Below, one piece after another: positions 57,083 to 64,000 of a DNA stretch of 64,000 nucleotides. The first letter of the stretch is position 1, and each line of letters begins with the position of its first letter. The position numbers were made by a program, and so were the translations under genes. Under the pieces are notes generated by a model, which saw nothing but the letters and a program-made list of their open reading frames with translations, ran no database searches and was not told the origin of the DNA. Source of the stretch: Octopus sinensis (Eukaryota); assembly GCF_006345805.1 (NCBI RefSeq), contig NC_042997.1, positions 78,554,001-78,618,000 of the forward strand, given 5' to 3'.

Positions 57083-58020
57083 TACTTTTAATCTGCATGT
57101 TTGTTACAATCACTCGCCGAAATACACCCAGAGTCCTAGGGTGAGTGAAGTATAACAGATGTTATAATATGACTGAAAGCTTGAGGCAAGTATCAGGGGC
57201 AGTAGCGAAATATCATCATGAAACACAACGTATACATTTAAATTGATAGAGTTTTTCTAAAGATGTGGGCAGTACCTGTCAGCACAATCTTTTAGATTTC
57301 TCTGAGATATGGGATATTATCTAGATGCTTCTGACATCCCTTTCTTATCATACCTAGGGAACCCACAATAACAGGAACAGTTCTTGCTTTAAGATACCAC
57401 ATCTTTTGTATTTCAATTTCCAGATCGTTATATTGTCTTAATTTGTCAAATTCCTTTACAGATATATTTTTATCAGTGGGAATATTATTAGTCTATTAGT
57501 CTACAAGTATTTTCTTCTCTGTCTTTAATGACTATGTCTTGTCAATTAACCCGGATCATTCTGTCTGTGTTATCTGGAAAATCCCAGAGGATATTGACAT
57601 TTTTACTTTCAACGACTGGCTCCGGATGATGTTCATACTAATAAGCAGGAGTGCTGACTTTGTAGTGCTTACATATTTTCCAATGTAAATACTGTCCTAT
57701 CCTATCGTGGCGATTTTTGTATTGGTTTGGTCATCCCGAGACGAGATGGTTTATTGTTTCATCAAATTTATCGCAAAATCTGCATTTAGGATCAGAACCC
57801 TTTTGAAGAACGATAGCCTAGTAGTTTTTGGTAAGCAAGCTTTGATCTTGTGCGACCAATATGAAACCTTCAGTCTCAGCTTTCAGTCCTGAGCTTCTCA
57901 GCCACTGATGGGTTGTTGCTTGGTCTACATCAGCATTTTGGCTACGAAGCTTCTGGCTCCACCGCTCCTCAATTTGTTTCTGCCAGTTCTTTTTGCAATC
58001 TGCTTTAATCCGTTTTGCTT
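57081..58020 (-). mobile_element. R4/Dong-like 3' fragment (family B)
   Basis: LKTEGFILVAQDQSL; CRFCDKFDETINHLVS; RHDRIGQYLHW. The 3' UTR matches 12210-12365. Confidence 0.85.
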
Positions 58021-58024
58021 AAAA

Positions 58025-58262
58025 TAAAAAAGTATACACCTGTGAAAAAGAATTAAAGGAAAAGGGCTCTTGATCTGTTGATCAGGAACCCGTGGTTTTT
58101 GTGGAGTTTTCCAAGAGGACCTTAAAGCGCCTCCTCTATTGGGAGTTTTGATTTGTTTAATTCTTTATTGTTTTTAAATGTTTACACGCTGTAAAACCCA
58201 TTGTTGTTGCATGTCCTTTAATGTTATTTTATGTAAAGCACTTGTGGCTAATAAAAGAATTT
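58025..58262 (+). mobile_element. Probable L1/Tx1-like 3' UTR
   Basis: Ends CTTGTGGCTAATAAAAGAAT(TTA)n, similar to the end at 26625-26645. Confidence 0.4.
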
Positions 58263-58272
58263 ATTATTATTA

Positions 58273-58316
<44 letters not shown>

Positions 58317-59336
58317 TATTATTATTATATTATTATTATTAGATAATTTCTGATAAATTTCTGCTGTATCACCTGCAACACCTCCGTGTTGCTAAGGTGT
58401 GAGCAGCATTGTGCGTTCTTTTATTCATTTTTTTTTGGTGGGGGTGTACAAACTCTTCCAGATATTGCATTGCATCAGTTTGTTTTATGGGCTTTGGTTT
58501 GAGTCTTTTGTTGTATGAGTGTTTGTATTTTGTTTTGCGTATGTAATGCGAGTTGTGTTTTTCTGGTGGGTGGCCGACCTATGGACTACATCTTGTGAAG
58601 GCGTTGTTTATTTTATTGATTATTGGCTGTATAGAGTGTCTTGATTTTGTGGATTGTTTTATTTGGGTTGTACTACTGAATTGACAGTGTCTTGCGTATA
58701 TTGTGCGCTGTTTCCTGGCCTATGAATTACATGGATAATCACAGTAAATCGAGCTTTCTCAACTAACTGCTTTACATATAAAAGACGTTACCGTATCAAC
58801 ATCTGTAAGTGCGAACGAATAGCGGATAGTGTAGATTACCTGATAAGATGCCTCATAGTATTAAATCAAACCCTTTTACGTACGGAGTTAACTTTCCATT
58901 GTGATCTATCAATAGAATAAGTACCAGTAATACACTAGGTCGATTCTATTGTGCAGATTTTGGTTTCTAACAAAATAGTTTCAGCATTCATATTCATCAA
59001 TAAAAGGCTTATTTTGTTGTATATATATTGAGTGTACACGTATATTTTATAGACATTCTCGGTATTTTGGTATGTTTGTATATTTTCCCCAAAATTAAAC
59101 ATAAATAGATATCCATACATTACGTTTATATTTGCACAGACCATATTAACCGAGTGCATACTACTTAAAGCTCGTTATTGTACAAAACATCCGAGAATGA
59201 CGGCTGGCACACATAAATAATGTTTATGAAAGAAGAATAATTTACTGGTCAATATCAAATATCATGTAAAGTCATTCTTCTGCCGTTAAGCATGGAAATA
59301 TATTACATTTTATGTGACTTCGCACACACAAACATT

Positions 59337-59433
<97 letters not shown>

Positions 59434-59467
59434 GCTGGAAGGCAGGCAGGCAGACAGACAGACGGAC

Positions 59468-59580
<113 letters not shown>

Positions 59581-60051
59581 TACAAACACGTTACACGTAC
59601 ATGCACATATACACATAAACACACGCAATACAAATAAATACATATAGATAATATTGCGTGTATTCCAATTACTATTTGATTGTTTCCATACTAACTACCA
59701 GTTCGGTTAGAACATTTATTTCTCTTTTGAAAGCTCGGGCAACATATCACCCAAGGGCAACAAGAAATTAGTATAGAATTTCTGCTTCATACAAGTAGTT
59801 ATTATAGAGTATATGGCAAGGTTGATCAGCAGTTAAAAGGAATCATCTTGTATATTATTTCTATCTTCCACGCGTATTATATTATTTTCCTTTCATTTCT
59901 TCATTTCTCAAATCCCATAAGTTGATGATAAATATGATACAATACCAATGTTTAACTGATACGTCTATTTTACTTGCACATACATCATGAGTGGCGCCTA
60001 CTTCTTCTTATCTCTAAAAACATGCTTAATGTATGTTTATATATATATATA

Positions 60052-60171
60052 TGTTGAAGAGCGTAGGCTCGAAACGTAAAAGTCTTTCTTACCTTCCCGG
60101 GCGTCAAACTAATACACCTGCTTGTTGTTTATTCACCTGTCTTCGTCTTTTGTTTTTCTGTAAATTTCAAC

Positions 60172-60172
<1 letters not shown>
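60052..60172 (+). mobile_element. Truncated, diverged pLTR family 1 copy
   Basis: TGTTGAAGAGCGTAGGCTCGAAACGTAAAAG; the 5' strand of stem I is lost. Confidence 0.65.
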
Positions 60173-60202
<30 letters not shown>

Positions 60203-60207
60203 ATATA

Positions 60208-60697
60208 CTAGATTAGGGTGACCCGCTCTACGCGCGGGTGAGAGTGTGGTTGTTACTTTCTGTTTCTTATCACCACATTCTCCCTCTTTGTTTCTCTCTC
60301 CTTTCTCTCTCACTTTCCCACTCTCTTACTCTTCCTTTCTCTCGGACTCTCCCTCGCTTTCTCTTACTCTCTATCTTTTTCTATCAATCTATCTCCCATT
60401 TATAAAAAAAATACATTTCTGCGCTTAAATTACAAATCTGTTTCCACTTTACCATGTTGAAAATTTGATTGAAATTGAGGTAAAGGTGTCCAATCTAAAC
60501 CTCCAAGTGTCCCCAAAAATCAATAAAATCCCCGTTTTCACATCAAAACAACCACTGTAGCGCTCCAAAACGTCTCCCAATCAATTTTTCACCTCAATTT
60601 ACCCTCCTGTAAATTTTAATCCCCTTCCAGCCCCTTTAGACCCCTTTTTACATAAAAATCCAACTTGTATCAACGCTCGCCTTCTTCATTTTATAGA
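60208..60697 (-). mobile_element. Non-autonomous Helitron
   Basis: 5' TCTATAAAATGAAG at 60697; 3' CCCGC/GCGGG hairpin and CTAG at 60208-60211. Confidence 0.7.
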
Positions 60698-60700
60698 TTT

Positions 60701-60945
60701 GACAGATATACCCGGCCTTGCTCGGGATTAAAATAGTTTATTGTTTTACTTGTTCCAGTATTATAACCTGATTTCTTTCGGGTCTACGCGGGCCACATTT
60801 TAAAAGATGAGGAATTTTGGCCTAGAGGCCATGCCTTTCAACTGAACAAACTCAAAGTTGGCATGCAAACTCGCTAGCACTTTTAACATAGGTGTGCATA
60901 TTTTCAGCTCAATCCGACCACATATGCACACATTATATATATATA
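60701..60945 (-). mobile_element. Helitron-like short element (hairpin present, terminal CTAG absent)
   Basis: CCCGGCCTTGCTCGGG hairpin resembling those at 16370-16385 and 47636-47651. Confidence 0.45.
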
Positions 60946-60948
60946 TAT

Positions 60949-61869
60949 TGTTGTGGTTCGGCTGGTACAGTACTTCTTGACCTACTTTGCTGGCTTGGCG
61001 ACTCAAAGTCTGGAATAAAAAGTTATAGTCCTTTGTTCACGGAAGAGGGATGGCTTTTGGAGGGACCCCTACCCCTTTTGCCGGTCAAGAAAGGGTCAGG
61101 GAAACTACCTTATAAAAAAGAGCTGGGAGTCTGTAGATCAGTTCCGGCCGGAGAGATTGAGAGGCAGTCGGTATTTGGTCGTCAAGGTGAGCGGTTGGAT
61201 TTAGGAGCGAGGATTTTGGAATTCAGGGCAAGCGTTTAGCAAGTTGGAGTTAGCGGTACTGAGAGAGATGAGGTGCAATATGAGACACTGGCTATTCTAG
61301 TAGGAACTAAGGTACGTTAATTGTGTATTGATATGTGAAGAAAAAGAAGGAAAAAGAATCGATGTAAAGAGACTGTTGAAAAGAAATGAGACAGTGAAAA
61401 GAGCGATGTATTGAAATGTGTAAAGACATTGTGTACAGAGTTGTTAAAAAGGAATTTAATGAACAATGTGAACTGTTGTGAATTGAACATTGATTTGTAA
61501 CGTGAACGACGTGTACTCTTGAAATGCTGTTGTTATTGCATTTGATATATTGTATCTGCATGTTGTTTTCTTTAAATGCTGTGATGTGTTGATGTGTTGT
61601 TACTTGCATGTTTAAATGCTTTGATGTATCTTGATATGTAATTGATGTTGTAACAATTGTAATAGTCATATAAACTAGTTGTTAAATGTGAGCCAATTGC
61701 CTTGCCTCTTTGTGTCTCTCTCGATTGCCTCCGCTGTATCTCTGTGCTGCTGCTGTTGTTGTCGTTGTCTCTCTCCTCTCCGAGTTTCCGTGGCGAAAAT
61801 ATTCGCTGATCGAACGGGCCTGTGTGGGGGATTCCGTAACAGCTTTCGTTCGACGGAGGTCCCCCTTGT

Positions 61870-61873
<4 letters not shown>
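60949..61873 (+). mobile_element. Putative solo LTR (925 bp) in (TA)n
   Basis: TGTT...AACA termini, ATAT on both flanks, TATA-like TATAAAAAAG at ~61091, and no coding content. Confidence 0.6.
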
Positions 61874-61914
<41 letters not shown>

Positions 61915-61959
61915 CGCATTAAATATGTACATATATACGCATTATATATATACATGTCT

Positions 61960-62000
<41 letters not shown>

Positions 62001-62486
62001 CACACATATATATAGATATATACACACACATATATATATATATAAATTCATACAATATATCTAATTAATAATATCTGTTATGATTGTGAAGTGGTGGTGG
62101 GAGATAATAATTCACAGTTCTAAAAGACCTGTGGCGGGAATATTTAAACGCTTCCTCTCTATAGATACAGACAGACCAACAGTGAGAGAGGTGGTGGGAG
62201 AAAGAGTGAGAGAGAGACGAAGCTGTCAAACGTCGTTATAGAGAGAAATTGGAAGGAAGGAAGGAAAGAGAGAGATGGAGGAAGACAGACGACAAACACG
62301 TGTCAAAGTCTGGGTTTTGTTGCCCTAGTAACCACAGCTTTTGAGATAGGGGTTTCTAACCTAGTCCGTCGCTTCCTCGCCTCTTTTTACATGTCTCTGT
62401 AAATTTTTGAGCCAATCCAACCCCATCTACTGCCCCTTAAACTATTCCCATCCCAAAATGAGACAAACAACTTTTTCGCATTTCAG

Positions 62487-62549
<63 letters not shown>

Positions 62550-64000
62550 TAGTAAAATTAATACTATCGGTAATATGGAGAAAATTATGACTGACCCACC
62601 CCTAAAGGAGACATACCAATTCCTCCTAAGAACACTTCAAGGAGATGAATGAAGTGTAGCTTGCCTACACAAAGCGAGGTCTGCTTTCGATAAATATAAA
62701 TAACACTAGAAATACTTATACTACCCCATAATAGTATTTATAACCCCCACAGTATACAAATAGTAGCCCCTGATAGTTTAATGTAGGTTATATATATATT
62801 ACTCCTTAATTTATAGTGGGTCTTGTTAGGAATAACCGAGGCTCTTGTAGGTATTCAAATAACCAGCCCTTCCTCTTACCCTTTTCCTAAGTTTTAAATG
62901 TTATTCCCCCATATCTATTACCTATTTCTTATACCAACTAACCTTTCCCCCATTTTATCATCACCTAACCCCTTGTATTAATGCCTATTATGTCTATCAT
63001 AACTGATTCGAGAACACAAAGACCTTAGGTTTCCTACCATATAGTCTTTTACCCCTAATAACCACTTCAAATCCTAAATCTTATTTAAATTTCAATTTTA
63101 GCTTTTCCTATCTTACTTGTTTTCTTTACCCTCTAGCACCTTTTATACCATGGATGAATTTGTCGACACCTGCAGGAATTTGGACTTATTTCGCTACTAA
63201 CTTTTTGTTCTTTCTTCCATTCACTGCCCTTCCTCCATTTTAATGTACATTATTAGCCCTACATATATGCGAACAATATTTCCCCCATGTTTGATTTATT
63301 CATCTTTTTCATTTTATTTTTTATTATATATTATTTTTTCTTTATTTTATTGTATTCTATGTCCACCCTCCCCCACCTAACATTGTATATGTCTGTTTGT
63401 TTGTGGAACTATGTTAGTTGGGCTTACCAGGAGATATTTGTAAAAATTTGTTGTACTATGTAGAGCGGTATGTGTTGCCCGTTAATTGATATTGTATGGC
63501 TGCACCCACTTAGAGTTATTTGACTATAATTTTTAAATTATTAGATTTTACTGATAGGAATATCTATTTTGAGGGTAATGTAATATAAGCAGAGCCTGTT
63601 GGTTGTAATAGTATTTTTTGCACCCACTTTCAGTTAATATGCATGTTTATAATTTTAATGATTAGGTTTAATTAGCATTTCATTCTTATCTTAGGGTATT
63701 TGTTATTGCTTTTTAAGTATGTTTAGTAACTTTTCCCAGAGTACTAATCTGCATTAACTGTACTCATATAGTGCTAATATACTCTTTTAAATTGTTTTAC
63801 CATAATAGGAACTATATAACTTTAATGACTATGCAATGCTTATTGAGCATATTTAGTATACTGTGACAACTAGGGAGTTTTATTATTTGATAATATTCAA
63901 CTTGTGGTTTGGTCTTAAATATTAACCGCCTAATTGTAAGTGCCTTTTTCTTTGTGCATTGTAGTGTACCTATAAGATGGATTTTTCTTGCGTACAGGCA

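Noticed and set aside
62644-62690. Two adjacent hairpins (GTGTAG/CTACAC, AAAGC/GCTTT) resembling hammerhead stems II and III
   Set aside because: The core does not match, G12 is missing and there is no stem I.
62560-64000. AT-rich terminal segment that may be a TE remnant
   Set aside because: No recognisable motif in any frame I read; left unannotated.

Overview
AT-rich, microsatellite-dense eukaryotic DNA. I infer a coleoid cephalopod (Octopus-like) source from SINE families I recognise from memory. No host protein-coding gene can be supported; the long low-complexity ORFs are translated microsatellites. The window is a layered transposon graveyard. It holds a near-full-length but frameshifted RTE LINE (6195-9970), two complete ~1.3 kb mariner elements with TIRs, and several non-autonomous Helitrons, two with open Pif1-helicase fragments. 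There are at least 13 fragments of R4/Dong-like restriction-endonuclease LINEs, mostly bounded by (TAA)n and mostly on the minus strand from 38.7 to 58 kb. Penelope-like (PLE) RT/GIY-YIG remnants and pseudo-LTRs, an L1/Tx1 3' end, tRNA-SINEs and a solo LTR are also present. The most interesting signals are RNA structures: a minimal type I hammerhead with a compensatory G3:C8 core swap (15663-15713, minus), a second hammerhead family with a fixed A6U core (4355, 35360, 60052) and an imperfect HDV-like fold at the RTE 5' end. Two large fold-back palindromes (18.5-19.7 kb and 30.2-34.4 kb) may be real or long-read artefacts. Boundaries of degenerate remnants are approximate and family names come from motif recognition, not database searches.
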